Virus record (IMG/VR): IMGVR_UViG_3300005200_000008
Span: 1 to 64,000 of that record
DNA: 64,000 nt
Direction: 5' to 3' (one strand)
Origin: a virus
Lineage: Duplodnaviria > Caudoviricetes
Under the pieces are notes generated by a model. It saw only the letters and a list, made by a program, of their open reading frames with translations. It had not been told where the DNA came from and made no database searches. The position numbers and the translations under genes were made by a program. This document shows, piece after piece, positions 19,055 to 28,715 of the stretch (its first letter is position 1; every line of letters begins with the position of its first letter).

Positions 19055-20067
19055 TATATATTTTTACAACTTGAAATATTGTAATAGTTCGCCAAATGAG
19101 GGTGGTAGAATACCGACTCGCCTTCAATTTCCAACTTCTGCTTTACCGCTTCTGCCGCCCTCAGCGCTTCGGCGCAATCGTAGAATAACCGCAAGTGCCT
19201 GCCTTCGGGGAACGGGTTCGCAACCAGGATATCGCCTTCCTTTACCCTGTTCGCAAAATCCCCCAAATACCGTAAGGCGTTGTCAATGAAGCGCAGGTCG
19301 TATGCCTGGTTCTCAACATACAAATCTTTGTCTACAACAGTCATTCGTTTGAACGACCTTACAAAATCGAGCATTTCGTCAATTTCAATTTCGGAAGTCT
19401 CAAAGTTCAAAAATAAAGATTCAGCCTTCACGGTAAAATTGCCCAACGGAACATTTAGGAGCATGGCGATAATCTGCTGGATAAACGTAAACACCGGCGC
19501 GACGTAGCAAGCGAAACCGCTAATGTCCATGCCGTCGATATACACATCCATCGACAGGCAATCATTCTCTATGAAAAGATTCAGCATAGACGGCATACAC
19601 GGCAATTCCTGTTTGCCGTCGGGTTTCAGCGCGGGGTCGTGCAGAATTATTTTTGCCTGATGTTCCGTTTTTAGGAATTCCACGGCGTTGCTTAATTGAT
19701 CAATCCTGCCGGCCGTTTGGTTAGAGCCGATACTGCCGGCGGCGGTTCTTAATGATACCGATGTTTTTAACCCCGCCTTATACCCCCGCAATAAAGGGCC
19801 TTGCATGGTTTTCACAAACGCCTTGGTGGTTTTTTCAGGCATATAATCGTTTTTAAGCACGTCGTCGTCATTCACCCCCGCCAGGGCGCAGATGCCGTAA
19901 ATAACGCCGACTGCGGGGTTTATAAGGGGCATCAGCGAAAATCTTGCCGCCGGGTTAGTCAGGCAGACGGAAACGTCAAGTATGCAGGGGTCTTTGTTTT
20001 TCTTTATTCTTTCAAGAATTCTGAGAATACACTCGTCAACAGTTTTTCCGATGAGTTGGGCTTGCAT
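19054..20067 (-). CDS. Divergent thymidylate-synthase-fold protein (dNMP hydroxymethylase-like)
   Basis: IDQL..AVEFLK...IILHDP...LPC...FTFIQQIIA.LLNVPLG.F.V.AESL; RSxD replaced by DGMD. Confidence 0.7.
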   Translation of the reverse strand: MQAQLIGKTVDECILRILERIKKNKDPCILDVSVCLTNPAARFSLMPLINPAVGVIYGICALAGVNDDDVLKNDYMPEKTTKAFVKTMQGPLLRGYKAGLKTSVSLRTAAGSIGSNQTAGRIDQLSNAVEFLKTEHQAKIILHDPALKPDGKQELPCMPSMLNLFIENDCLSMDVYIDGMDISGFACYVAPVFTFIQQIIAMLLNVPLGNFTVKAESLFLNFETSEIEIDEMLDFVRSFKRMTVVDKDLYVENQAYDLRFIDNALRYLGDFANRVKEGDILVANPFPEGRHLRLFYDCAEALRAAEAVKQKLEIEGESVFYHPHLANYYNISSCKNI

Positions 20068-20082
20068 GATCTCTCCTTAAAA

Positions 20083-20113
20083 CAAAAAGAGGGCGGTACT
20101 TTTAATACCGCCC
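20083..20113 (-). terminator. Intrinsic terminator
   Basis: GGGCGGTA/TACCGCCC stem followed by T-tract on minus strand. Confidence 0.75.
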
Positions 20114-20120
20114 GTCTTGT

Positions 20121-21173
20121 TTATTTTACTTTTATTTCTTTTTCGGTTACGTGTTTTTTGGACACGATCTGGATGATGTCGCCTTTTTCAAAGATTGTAT
20201 CGGTGCCGGGCAAGCGCCAATCACGGGCAACTTCAACCAAACAGGAACGCCCGATAAGGGCTACCCGCTCGCTTTTCTTTCCCTCAGCCATGAAAGAGCC
20301 TTTGAGTTTCTTGCTCTGCGCGAGCATTTTCGCGCCTTTGGCAAAAGTGCTTTCGGCGAAGGAAGGAAGGTTCTTCTGGGCTTTCCCGCAATAATAGATT
20401 TTGTCGCCTCTTGAAACGACTACTTTCCTGCTTTCGGGAAGAATGAACGGCTGGTCTACTTCGTAGACAGGGGCGGTCACGCCGGCGTCAATATCCACTT
20501 CGGGGATAAATTCGTCATCCCCTTCGAGTTCCAAAATCGGCTCGTCGGGGTATTCGGGCGCCACATCCGGCATTTCACCAAAATCTTCGACAATCGGGTC
20601 TTCGTCAACGTACAAAGTCGGATCCAAAACTTCGGCGGGGTCTTCAAAATCCTCTTTAAGGTCTTTGTCGTCTTTGTCGTCTTCGCCGTCATCGTCCTTG
20701 CCGCCTTTTCCGTCTTTCGGCTCGTCTTTTTTGCCGCCCTTATCTTTGTCATCTTCATCGCCCTGAGCTTCTTTTTTAGCGCGGGCTTCTTTGGCATCGT
20801 CGGCGGTGAACGGCGCGGCCTTTTTGTTGCCAAAATTGTCGATGGGGGAATTTTCCTTCAAATCGGCATCGTCCTTGTCCTTGTCAGGGTCTTCTTCCTT
20901 GTCGTCGTCATCCTCGTCATCGTCGTCCTCGCCTTCGTTGAGAAGCGCGTCAAGATCGCTGTCGTCAACGCTTTCCAGGTCTTCGCCCGTGTCTTCGCCG
21001 CCGGATTCATTGATAACGTCGTCATCGGTAGTAACGATATCGCCCTCGTCGTTAATATCAGCCACTACCTCATCCTCGTCAAGAACGCTGGTCTTTACAT
21101 CGGCTCCGTCACCGTCAAGAACCGAATCATTCTGAATGTCGGTTGATTCTCTTAAAGGGTTTCGCACTACCAT
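20121..21173 (-). CDS. Highly acidic putative internal head/scaffold-type protein
   Basis: 350 aa, D/E-rich; repeated LxE sites; late motif at 21249-21256; AAGGAG RBS. Confidence 0.65.
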   Translation of the reverse strand: MVVRNPLRESTDIQNDSVLDGDGADVKTSVLDEDEVVADINDEGDIVTTDDDVINESGGEDTGEDLESVDDSDLDALLNEGEDDDDEDDDDKEEDPDKDKDDADLKENSPIDNFGNKKAAPFTADDAKEARAKKEAQGDEDDKDKGGKKDEPKDGKGGKDDDGEDDKDDKDLKEDFEDPAEVLDPTLYVDEDPIVEDFGEMPDVAPEYPDEPILELEGDDEFIPEVDIDAGVTAPVYEVDQPFILPESRKVVVSRGDKIYYCGKAQKNLPSFAESTFAKGAKMLAQSKKLKGSFMAEGKKSERVALIGRSCLVEVARDWRLPGTDTIFEKGDIIQIVSKKHVTEKEIKVK

Positions 21174-21248
21174 ACTTATTCTCCTTACAAATTGGTTTTA
21201 ATCAAAATTGCCTTTTTTCCCATGCACTACGCAGGGATATAATTATAT

Positions 21249-21256
21249 AAATAGGC
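21249..21256 (-). promoter_or_regulatory. Putative late promoter element GCCTATTT
   Basis: Just downstream of a terminator, upstream of acidic protein. Confidence 0.55.
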
Positions 21257-21274
21257 GCGGTAAAAATTAATTGA

Positions 21275-21308
21275 AAATAAAAACCCCGGCAAAACCTGTT
21301 TGCCGGGG
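21275..21308 (-). terminator. Intrinsic terminator
   Basis: CCCCGGCAAA/TTTGCCGGGG stem plus TTTTTATTTT. Confidence 0.8.
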
Positions 21309-21321
21309 AAAGGGTATAGGT

Positions 21322-21658
21322 TTAACTCGCAATACGCTCAAAAAACCGTGAATCAAAGGCAAATTCAGCCACCTCACCGTCGTCATCCACCAACAAAGCG
21401 GTAAAATCATGCCTTGTCGTCTGATGACCGGAGTCCAAACCGGCAATTACTACGCTATCCAAAACGCGGTACACGTATACCGTGTCGCCCAATTTCGGAA
21501 ACTTCCACCCTCCTTTCTTTTTAAGAAGAAGAGCTTCTCCTTCCTTCAAATCCTTAATAGGGATAAACGCCGCAGTTACCTCTTTTGAAGCCGGGCGCCT
21601 GTTACCCCCCCCCCGTTACCGCAGCCAAAGCCGCAAGTCCAGCAAGTTCGCTCATCAT
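21322..21658 (-). pseudogene. Hypothetical gene frameshifted at a G10 tract (111 aa if G9)
   Basis: AGGAGG RBS and ATG 21658 read MMSELAGLAALAAVTGGG-stop; removing one G joins it in frame to ORF 21322..21549. Confidence 0.7.
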
Positions 21659-21683
21659 AAACAATCCTCCTAAAATATACTTA

Positions 21684-22079
21684 TCAAGCACAAGCTTGAT
21701 TTTTGCTTAAAAGCTCAGAATTATCATGAATATTGCCGATTTTTTTAATGTAATAAGTATTTTGCCTTCCCAGCGGCATTGACCTTATATCACAAGGATT
21801 CCAATCCTCGCTTTCGGAAAGATAATAGCAAGCATCAACTTCAACATAAACAACTAAATAGTTTTTCTTTTCTTTCTTACCCTCTCCACATTTTATCTGT
21901 ACAATGTCATTCTCAAAAATGTGATTGTCCTTACCGTCTTTCATTCCAGTAAATTGTCCGACGGTATCGGAGATAACAATAAAACCCTGAATACGCATAT
22001 CAATATCGCCGTTATGTTCTAAATCTCCATAGACCCAGACTCCGTCTTCTTTACGTTTTCCCCTGAATATGTACCTCAT
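21684..22079 (-). CDS. YopX-family protein
   Basis: FRGKRK...WVYGDL...VGQFTGMKD...IFENDIV...IGNIHDN. Confidence 0.85.
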   Translation of the reverse strand: MRYIFRGKRKEDGVWVYGDLEHNGDIDMRIQGFIVISDTVGQFTGMKDGKDNHIFENDIVQIKCGEGKKEKKNYLVVYVEVDACYYLSESEDWNPCDIRSMPLGRQNTYYIKKIGNIHDNSELLSKNQACA

Positions 22080-22387
22080 CTTAAATTCCTACTTTGTATT
22101 TTTCTATCCAGATACTCAATAATCTGTATCGCAACGGCAGCGACCTGTACCATTTCTTCACGTTGTTTTTCAGGTTTTTTCTCCGCGAAAGCCTCGTAGA
22201 CTTCCTCAACCAGAATTGAACACCAATCCTGCTTTTCCGGATTTTTATTTTCTTCTTTCATCGTGTCAGCAAGTTCTTTGTACTGGCTGCGGTATTCCGG
22301 CACGCGCACCATAGGGAGATTTTGCTCACCATACAATTCATTTTGCCTTTTGCGTTCCGTTTTTATTTCTTCATAAATGCTTTCCAT
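22076..22387 (-). CDS. MazG-like NTP pyrophosphatase
   Basis: ILVEEVYEA...EEMVQVAAVA. Confidence 0.7.
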   Translation of the reverse strand: MESIYEEIKTERKRQNELYGEQNLPMVRVPEYRSQYKELADTMKEENKNPEKQDWCSILVEEVYEAFAEKKPEKQREEMVQVAAVAIQIIEYLDRKIQSRNLR

Positions 22388-22419
22388 TACCTAAATCCTC
22401 CTTTTGAATAAATACTCCC

Positions 22420-24288
22420 TCATGCCGCCATACCGCCGTTAAATAATTTCTTAAGCTCGACAACCGTCATCTGCTGAGGTCGAGACCATACGCGTTCATT
22501 GAAATCGTTTTTATCCAAAAGGCCGTTATACAAAGTTTCTTCAAGAGTATTGCCGAACAATAAGAATTCGGCGAACACCGGCTCAACCGTGCCGATACGG
22601 TGGCTCCTTTTTACCGTCTGGTACATGACATCCTGCCTCAAAGGAAAGTCCCAATAAATGTTACGGGTTACCGCCGTCAGGTTTACCGAAGTATTAAGCG
22701 CGAAATAATTAATAATGGCTAACGGGCAGCCGCTGTACAAAAACTCCGCGCAGAAACGCCCGTTGCGCTCCGCTACGGATTCGTTTTTCTCCATTTCAGT
22801 ACCGCCGTGCAATTTCATGGGCTTGTACTTCGCAAACTTTTCAGCAAGTGTGTCGATAATATAAGGATGCCCAGACCAGAGGATTACTTTTTTCTTCTGC
22901 TCCAAAATATACTTTTCAAGAAGGGAAACCGCTACTTCGTATTTTCCGTTATCTTCAATGTCCCATTTCGCGGCTTCCTTAACAATCAAATCGTTCAACT
23001 GATCAACCTTGGACAGGGAACCCCTCGACAACAGTCCAGGATCGTGTAAAGCCATACAAAGAAGCATGAACTTTGTTTTCAATTTGCTCGGATATACCGC
23101 GCCGTCAGATTCCTTCAAAGTGTAAAGAACATAGTCGGCGACAGCCCTGTACAATTCGTTCTGCTTTTTAGGGATAAGGCACCGAACCGGCCTCATAATG
23201 AGTTCGGGCAAATCAAGGTTGCCCTCCATTTTCTCCCGGGACACCAAGTAAGCCGTGCTGTCCATGAACTCTTTTACTTTGTCATCAAAGTAGTAATTTA
23301 TCCCATACGCGCTGAATTTATTGCCGACATCGGCTATACGGGTAATGTACTGGTAATAATCGTCGGGAACGGCGCCTGAGTGCAGGAAATACAGTTGCGT
23401 CCACAAATCGGCGGCATACTTCGGCGCCGGAGTGCCGGTCAGAATATAGCGGTAATCAAAATAATCTTTTACACGGTAGAGTATTTTCCATGTCTTTGAC
23501 TGGTGGTTCTTAAACGCCGCGCTTTCGTCGCATATAACGGCAAGTTTCGGCCCCAACTTTTCAAACGGTATATAATTCTTGACAATCCTCTTGCCCGTAA
23601 ACCTATGGCCTGTTTTTTCCTTATAGTAATCGTCATAGAGCATTATCAGGTTTCGGTATGTCATAATAATGACTTTGATATTCGGGTCGTCAAACGGTCT
23701 TCGGTTGAACACGCTGCATATATAAATTTCGTCTTCTTTCAAGCCGAAAGAATTAAACCGCAGGAACTCGCATTTAAGATTCAGCACCCCTTCGGGAGGA
23801 CAGAGAATTACAATCTTATTAACAGATCCTCGATAAATTAAATGATTCATTATTGTAATAACTACATAGGACTTTCCACAGCCCATCTCCCAAAACAAAG
23901 CTAACCGATTTTGTGATATACCCCTCAATATCCCCCGTCGCTGATAATCGCCCTTATACTCGGACTTTACCAAATCAGGATTAATACTGGTTCGGAAGCG
24001 TAAGAACTTGTCATTATGAGGGCCGACAAAATTTTGCTTATTGACAGTTTGTATCCAGTTCGGTACAATGATTTTAGGTTCGATTTCTTTTATCTTATTG
24101 ACGCACTCTTGGGCGTTCCGTTCGTCAACCAGCCAAATCTTGTCTTCTACAAAGCCGTCTACAGTCTGTTCGTTATGCCGGAACCTGCCCCCGCAGATGC
24201 GTATGGCGTTTGCCAGTTCGTTGAATGAATTGCCATTGATGCGTACAAGCAGGCTGTTTCCCTGCCCACGAAAAAATACGGCTCCCAT
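22420..24288 (-). CDS. SNF2-like (SF2) helicase
   Basis: WEMGCGKS, ICDES, LTGTP, RSHRIG. Confidence 0.88.
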   Translation of the reverse strand: MGAVFFRGQGNSLLVRINGNSFNELANAIRICGGRFRHNEQTVDGFVEDKIWLVDERNAQECVNKIKEIEPKIIVPNWIQTVNKQNFVGPHNDKFLRFRTSINPDLVKSEYKGDYQRRGILRGISQNRLALFWEMGCGKSYVVITIMNHLIYRGSVNKIVILCPPEGVLNLKCEFLRFNSFGLKEDEIYICSVFNRRPFDDPNIKVIIMTYRNLIMLYDDYYKEKTGHRFTGKRIVKNYIPFEKLGPKLAVICDESAAFKNHQSKTWKILYRVKDYFDYRYILTGTPAPKYAADLWTQLYFLHSGAVPDDYYQYITRIADVGNKFSAYGINYYFDDKVKEFMDSTAYLVSREKMEGNLDLPELIMRPVRCLIPKKQNELYRAVADYVLYTLKESDGAVYPSKLKTKFMLLCMALHDPGLLSRGSLSKVDQLNDLIVKEAAKWDIEDNGKYEVAVSLLEKYILEQKKKVILWSGHPYIIDTLAEKFAKYKPMKLHGGTEMEKNESVAERNGRFCAEFLYSGCPLAIINYFALNTSVNLTAVTRNIYWDFPLRQDVMYQTVKRSHRIGTVEPVFAEFLLFGNTLEETLYNGLLDKNDFNERVWSRPQQMTVVELKKLFNGGMAA

Positions 24289-24295
24289 ATATAGG

Positions 24296-24322
24296 ACTTC
24301 CGATCTATTATCGTAAGAGCTT
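24296..24322 (-). promoter_or_regulatory. Bipartite phage promoter AAGCT-N15-CGGAAGT (leaderless helicase mRNA)
   Basis: CGGAAGTCCTATAT-ATG(24288). Confidence 0.7.
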
Positions 24323-24335
24323 GTAATTAATTACT

Positions 24336-24626
24336 TTATGTTAAACAACAACCATCTCTCTGCCAACGTCTTAGAGGAAGCAAGCCAAAAATATCTCCTT
24401 TCCCGTTTTCATCACATTCTGATAAAACTACATTATAATGTGGAGAAATAATATAATATTTATAATAAGTTTTACATTCAGGACACTGCATACCCTTAAC
24501 ATTATCGGTTGCTATTTGCGAAGTAAGATAATCACAATCTTCTAACGGTACGCTGTCACATTTTGGGCAGCAAATTTGATTTTTTTCATTAAATAAACGT
24601 GACCCGTTTACTAATTCTTTATTCAT
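24336..24626 (-). CDS. Hypothetical Zn-finger protein
   Basis: CPKC...CPEC; AT-rich. Confidence 0.5.
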   Translation of the reverse strand: MNKELVNGSRLFNEKNQICCPKCDSVPLEDCDYLTSQIATDNVKGMQCPECKTYYKYYIISPHYNVVLSECDENGKGDIFGLLPLRRWQRDGCCLT

Positions 24627-24630
24627 ACTA

Positions 24631-25620
24631 CTATTTCGCCCTTTCATATTCTGTATAATCAAAAAAACTTTCACCACTGGTAACTGGCGGCTCGTTCTGC
24701 CTGATACTTTTAATAACCCTCGCATCAATTTTTTCAATATCGAATTTAAGCAATTTATATAGTTTCTCCAAAATCACCGGCTCGTACTTTGACACCGTTG
24801 TAACAGACCTACATTCATCAACCGATATATCCTGATAGTCAACCAGGGAGTAATTCAGCATTATTCTGCCCTTGTTGTTAAATATCTCATTCCTCCAATG
24901 ATCTGATATGGGGAGACTGGGCAACTGGTAAAACAAATCGTCCACCGATTCAACTAAATCCAAAATGGAAATCACGACTTTTTTGGGAATATACTCAACC
25001 GCAGAATGGATATTGTCGCCCTCGTCGCCGCAAATGCTTTTGTAAAGGCATATATTTTTCAAACTCGGCTTAAACCCGAACTTCATTACAAAACTGTCGG
25101 CATTGATTTCCCTATACCCGCGTATGCCGTTATGCCTTTCGTAAACTATCCAATCAACGCTGTCGCTTATAGCCCGTCCCCAATCCATGTCATTCGATAC
25201 CAAGCCGGTTTTTTTTTGAGGATCTGCCTGTATTATCTGAAGCAGGGGTTTTACCAAATCGTCAGCCTCGTAGTCTGGGTATTGAATAACCTGCCAATTA
25301 TCGGCATAATGGGAAAGCAGCAGTTGGAGAAAATCCAGCCCCCGGTAGAAAGCCGGTTCCTGCTTGTTGCGGTTCATCTTATATTCCGGATCCAAATCTT
25401 TACGCCGAAACTCCCCAGACGAAGTATTGTCAAACAAAAAATGGAACGCCCCGTTTGAATAAAGAAAATCGCGTTCAAGGCGCTGGATCATTTTTATCGA
25501 AGTGTGTATGCCGTGCGTGGGCATCATCCCTTGTTCGGTGTCGATAGTTGTCATGCGGGTAGAAAAAAAAGCTCTATAATACAAATTAGAGCAATCGACA
25601 ACTAAATCGTTATACCTCAT
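24631..25620 (-). CDS. 5'-3' exonuclease / RNase H (T4 Rnh / PolA-exo family)
   Basis: VVDCSNLYYR, FLFD, YKMNR, YEADD, SNDMDW, GDEGDNI. Confidence 0.88.
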   Translation of the reverse strand: MRYNDLVVDCSNLYYRAFFSTRMTTIDTEQGMMPTHGIHTSIKMIQRLERDFLYSNGAFHFLFDNTSSGEFRRKDLDPEYKMNRNKQEPAFYRGLDFLQLLLSHYADNWQVIQYPDYEADDLVKPLLQIIQADPQKKTGLVSNDMDWGRAISDSVDWIVYERHNGIRGYREINADSFVMKFGFKPSLKNICLYKSICGDEGDNIHSAVEYIPKKVVISILDLVESVDDLFYQLPSLPISDHWRNEIFNNKGRIMLNYSLVDYQDISVDECRSVTTVSKYEPVILEKLYKLLKFDIEKIDARVIKSIRQNEPPVTSGESFFDYTEYERAK

Positions 25621-25621
25621 T

Positions 25622-25846
25622 CTAACCTCTCAGAACATGAATTGTACGCAGTACATTTTGTTTTACAACGACTTGAAACCAACATATTATTTTATGCCAC
25701 AGCCTTACCGGTTTCCATAAATCACAACTATGATACATAGAAACTTCTTTCATGCCTTTCCCGTCAGCAGAACAAAAAGGTTCAGGGGGAAAATAAGTTT
25801 CAAGACAGTTGTAACAAAATTTTCCAGGTTTCAACGACGTTTCCAT
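25622..25846 (-). CDS. Hypothetical protein
   Basis: 74 aa Cys-rich. Confidence 0.45.
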   Translation of the reverse strand: METSLKPGKFCYNCLETYFPPEPFCSADGKGMKEVSMYHSCDLWKPVRLWHKIICWFQVVVKQNVLRTIHVLRG

Positions 25847-26254
25847 TTAATTTGCTTCCTCCGTTAATTTATCAAAATAGTCATTACCGACTTCCACAAA
25901 TCGTCCGTTTTCGTCCCTGACTTCCATTTTTATATTTTTCATCTGCCGTTCTACTTCGGCATCAACGTCTTTTAACATACCCATCTTCTTGGCTGTTTCC
26001 AGTTTCAGCCATTTTTGAAACTTATCCGATTCGCACAGCCTCTTAAAAGCCCTCTCGCGGTTCGCCTTCTGACTCCGCTCCTCCTGACAGGTTGCCATAG
26101 CCCCCGACTTCGGATGGTGTATGCGGCAAGCCATCTCACGCTTGTTTCTATTTTGACCACCTTTACCCTCGCCGTTATAGTACTCGACAACAAAATCACC
26201 GGCATCCTTCGACAAAGAGAATATCAATTTGTTTTCTGATTTTTCTTTACTCAT
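25847..26254 (-). CDS. Class I peptide-chain release factor homolog (GGQ domain only)
   Basis: GKGGQNRNK..ACRIHH..SG....CQEERSQKANRERAF. Confidence 0.85.
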   Translation of the reverse strand: MSKEKSENKLIFSLSKDAGDFVVEYYNGEGKGGQNRNKREMACRIHHPKSGAMATCQEERSQKANRERAFKRLCESDKFQKWLKLETAKKMGMLKDVDAEVERQMKNIKMEVRDENGRFVEVGNDYFDKLTEEAN

Positions 26255-26510
26255 TTAGTTTATTTGCCTCGCAATTATGCCTTACCACAGCAGACCCTAA
26301 ATATTTTGTATCTCTATAAAAATAATCTCCGTCGCTAAACATATTAAGATGTGCTACAATTTTATTCACATACTCATCTGTCGGTTCTGCCTCAGTCTCA
26401 TAACTAATAAACAATTTTTCACCAGGAATAGCATTATCTCCAAACGCATTCATAAAGTTACAAACTCTGCGATTACACTGAAATACTAAAAATTTATGCC
26501 TATAAATCAT
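26247..26510 (-). CDS. Hypothetical protein
   Basis: GGAGGAGG RBS before ATG 26510. Confidence 0.5.
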   Translation of the reverse strand: MIYRHKFLVFQCNRRVCNFMNAFGDNAIPGEKLFISYETEAEPTDEYVNKIVAHLNMFSDGDYFYRDTKYLGSAVVRHNCEANKLNE

Positions 26511-26875
26511 TCCTCCTCCGGATTCCAATCATCAGGTGGCGGTACAGGCGGATCGGCAATAACAATTAAATTATTCGGTCTCCAACATTTCGTTTGAAAC
26601 CAACGATATTCAAGCCAAAAATATTTAACAGGCTCTTGCTTATAATTAAAATTATTTCTATCCCGAAACCTAACCCACACCAACCCATTATCAGAATACG
26701 ATTTCCCTGTACGTTTCTCATACTCTGAAGGAGTTTCGTAATCAGGTATTAATTCCATTTCTCCATGACTCAAATTGAACGGGCAACACATACCGTCATC
26801 GAATAATTCTGTAGTGTCAATACCTTCGCCGATTTCAAACTTCATTCCGCATTTTTTGCAGTAATATTTGCCCAT
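26507..26875 (-). CDS. Hypothetical protein
   Basis: 122 aa, N-terminal CxxC, C-terminal PPVPPPDDW. Confidence 0.6.
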   Translation of the reverse strand: MGKYYCKKCGMKFEIGEGIDTTELFDDGMCCPFNLSHGEMELIPDYETPSEYEKRTGKSYSDNGLVWVRFRDRNNFNYKQEPVKYFWLEYRWFQTKCWRPNNLIVIADPPVPPPDDWNPEEE

Positions 26876-26889
26876 AATGCCTCTTTTCT

Positions 26890-27444
26890 TTATTCCGTCT
26901 TGGCTGCCATTATCTGACTGTTTTTCAGCAGATACTCATACGCCGTCGCCTCCGTATATTTCCTGTCTTCAAGCAGTTCAAGAAATTTAAGCACCGGCAT
27001 ATAAAGCAGTTTGTATACTGTTTTAACGCCGGTGCTTACTTCACGCAGAACCAGGGTATTATTATTCAACCCTGTACGGATAATGATATACTTGTTGCTT
27101 ATTTTCTTTTTACCCGACTGCTCCATTACTTCGGTAAGCGTTTTTCCCTTATTCAAAAGGGACATCACTTCATCGGCAGGCAACGGCACGGTTTCCTCAG
27201 TAATCTTTTCCAGTTGCGGGTACAGAATATCTTCGCACTTCCCGATTACAATCCGAACATTCTCCTCCTCGGAAAGGGCGGGATCAAGTTTTATCTCCAT
27301 TACGTCGCCGGGGTCTGTAAACACCCCGACATAATCAAGACCGAGGATATACGAAATATCGCACGGCGCCGAATCTGCGAAATAATGCCGCAGCCGCCGG
27401 TCAAAATCGGTTTGATTAAACAGGATTACCGATGAGACCAGCAT
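26890..27444 (-). CDS. Hypothetical protein
   Basis: 184 aa, adjacent to clamp gene. Confidence 0.7.
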   Translation of the reverse strand: MLVSSVILFNQTDFDRRLRHYFADSAPCDISYILGLDYVGVFTDPGDVMEIKLDPALSEEENVRIVIGKCEDILYPQLEKITEETVPLPADEVMSLLNKGKTLTEVMEQSGKKKISNKYIIIRTGLNNNTLVLREVSTGVKTVYKLLYMPVLKFLELLEDRKYTEATAYEYLLKNSQIMAAKTE

Positions 27445-28551
27445 CTACGCGCTATCCTTAATCCTCGAATAGATGATATGCGTCGAATTATCGCCGACGA
27501 TTGAAAAAACAAGAGGCGGCTTTTTAAAATCAACGGCAATCTCCACAACCGCGTCTTTGGGATTGGGAAGGCACGAAAGGATATTTTTCAGCCACATGGC
27601 CGACACCCAAATCTTATTGCCTTTGAAATAGGAAGTATCGGCCGCCTCGCTATAGGGAATGTGGCGCGAAATGATATTCCCGTCCTCGGTCTTTATTTCC
27701 AAAGACGTTGCGTTGAAAATAAACTGGAGCCTCTGCTGTACGACATTGGATACGAACGGCAAAAAGAACTGTATCATATTGCTCAGAGCGTTTTTGTTCA
27801 GCCTGACGCTGTATTCGGATTGATAGTTCGCCCTAAAAGCGTCGCCGCCGATTTCTTCCGGCAGGAACAATTCGCGGTTGACGGGGAACTGCATGGTAAC
27901 GTCGGTGGCGATAATCCAAATGCAGTTTTCATCAATCTTAATTTTCGGCTCATCCAGATCTTCAATGACAAGGATTTCCCACACGTTGCGAGGCAATATA
28001 AGATTGTCGTTTATATCGACTCCCGACAGGACTTCCTCGTACATCCTCAGTTTCTCGAAACCGATCATGCTGCCATTACGAACGAACACGCCGTCAAGAT
28101 TTTTCGCACCGTCTGGAGAAGTGAATACGCTCGCCCGGCGAATGCAGGGAATATAATCCTTATTCAGGGCGATAGCATCGCTAAAATCAATATCAAACTT
28201 CGGAAGCTCAAAGTCGTCGGGGTCGGTGTAGGCAATCTGAAACGAATCGCCGCTTTCATGCCTAAAGACGTAGCAGTCTTTCTTGTCTTTATCCTTTTTA
28301 ATTTCCACATCGAGAAGCGACACGGCCTCCGCGACCGCGATAAAACTCAAAGCGTTCACGCAGAACGGCTTCACGTTTGAATCGTAGTCGGTAACGGGCA
28401 TGGTAACTTTCCCGAATCCGCGATTGGAACCGAAATAAATGCACTGCCCTTCAAAGTCCAGATACAGACTGCTGAATTGCGGATGGCTCGTATCGACAAA
28501 CTTGGTAATAAGTTTGCTGTAATGCTTTAACTCTCTGACATCAATCCTCAT
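27445..28551 (-). CDS. DNA polymerase III beta-clamp-like protein
   Basis: 368 aa (clamp size), three repeated beta-alpha blocks, next to DnaX-like loader. Confidence 0.65.
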   Translation of the reverse strand: MRIDVRELKHYSKLITKFVDTSHPQFSSLYLDFEGQCIYFGSNRGFGKVTMPVTDYDSNVKPFCVNALSFIAVAEAVSLLDVEIKKDKDKKDCYVFRHESGDSFQIAYTDPDDFELPKFDIDFSDAIALNKDYIPCIRRASVFTSPDGAKNLDGVFVRNGSMIGFEKLRMYEEVLSGVDINDNLILPRNVWEILVIEDLDEPKIKIDENCIWIIATDVTMQFPVNRELFLPEEIGGDAFRANYQSEYSVRLNKNALSNMIQFFLPFVSNVVQQRLQFIFNATSLEIKTEDGNIISRHIPYSEAADTSYFKGNKIWVSAMWLKNILSCLPNPKDAVVEIAVDFKKPPLVFSIVGDNSTHIIYSRIKDSA

Positions 28552-28559
28552 AAATCCTC

Positions 28560-28715
28560 CTAATAACCTTTTTCTTCAAGTATTTTTTCCACGGTTTCCC
28601 GAACCTTCGGCTCGTAAAATTTTCTATATTCAGCTTCCTTAACTCCTTTAATCAGGAAATAAGAAAAGATAAACGCGACGATTATCGACACCACGATAAG
28701 CAAAACCCCTTTCAT
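28560..28715 (-). CDS. Small membrane protein (51 aa, not in ORF track)
   Basis: MKGVLLIVVSIIVAFIFSYFLIKG...; start overlaps loader stop. Confidence 0.5.
   Translation of the reverse strand: MKGVLLIVVSIIVAFIFSYFLIKGVKEAEYRKFYEPKVRETVEKILEEKGY

Noticed and set aside
21555-21562. CCCTATTA as late promoter for ORF 21322..21549
   Set aside because: Lies inside the reconstructed frameshifted gene that starts at 21658.
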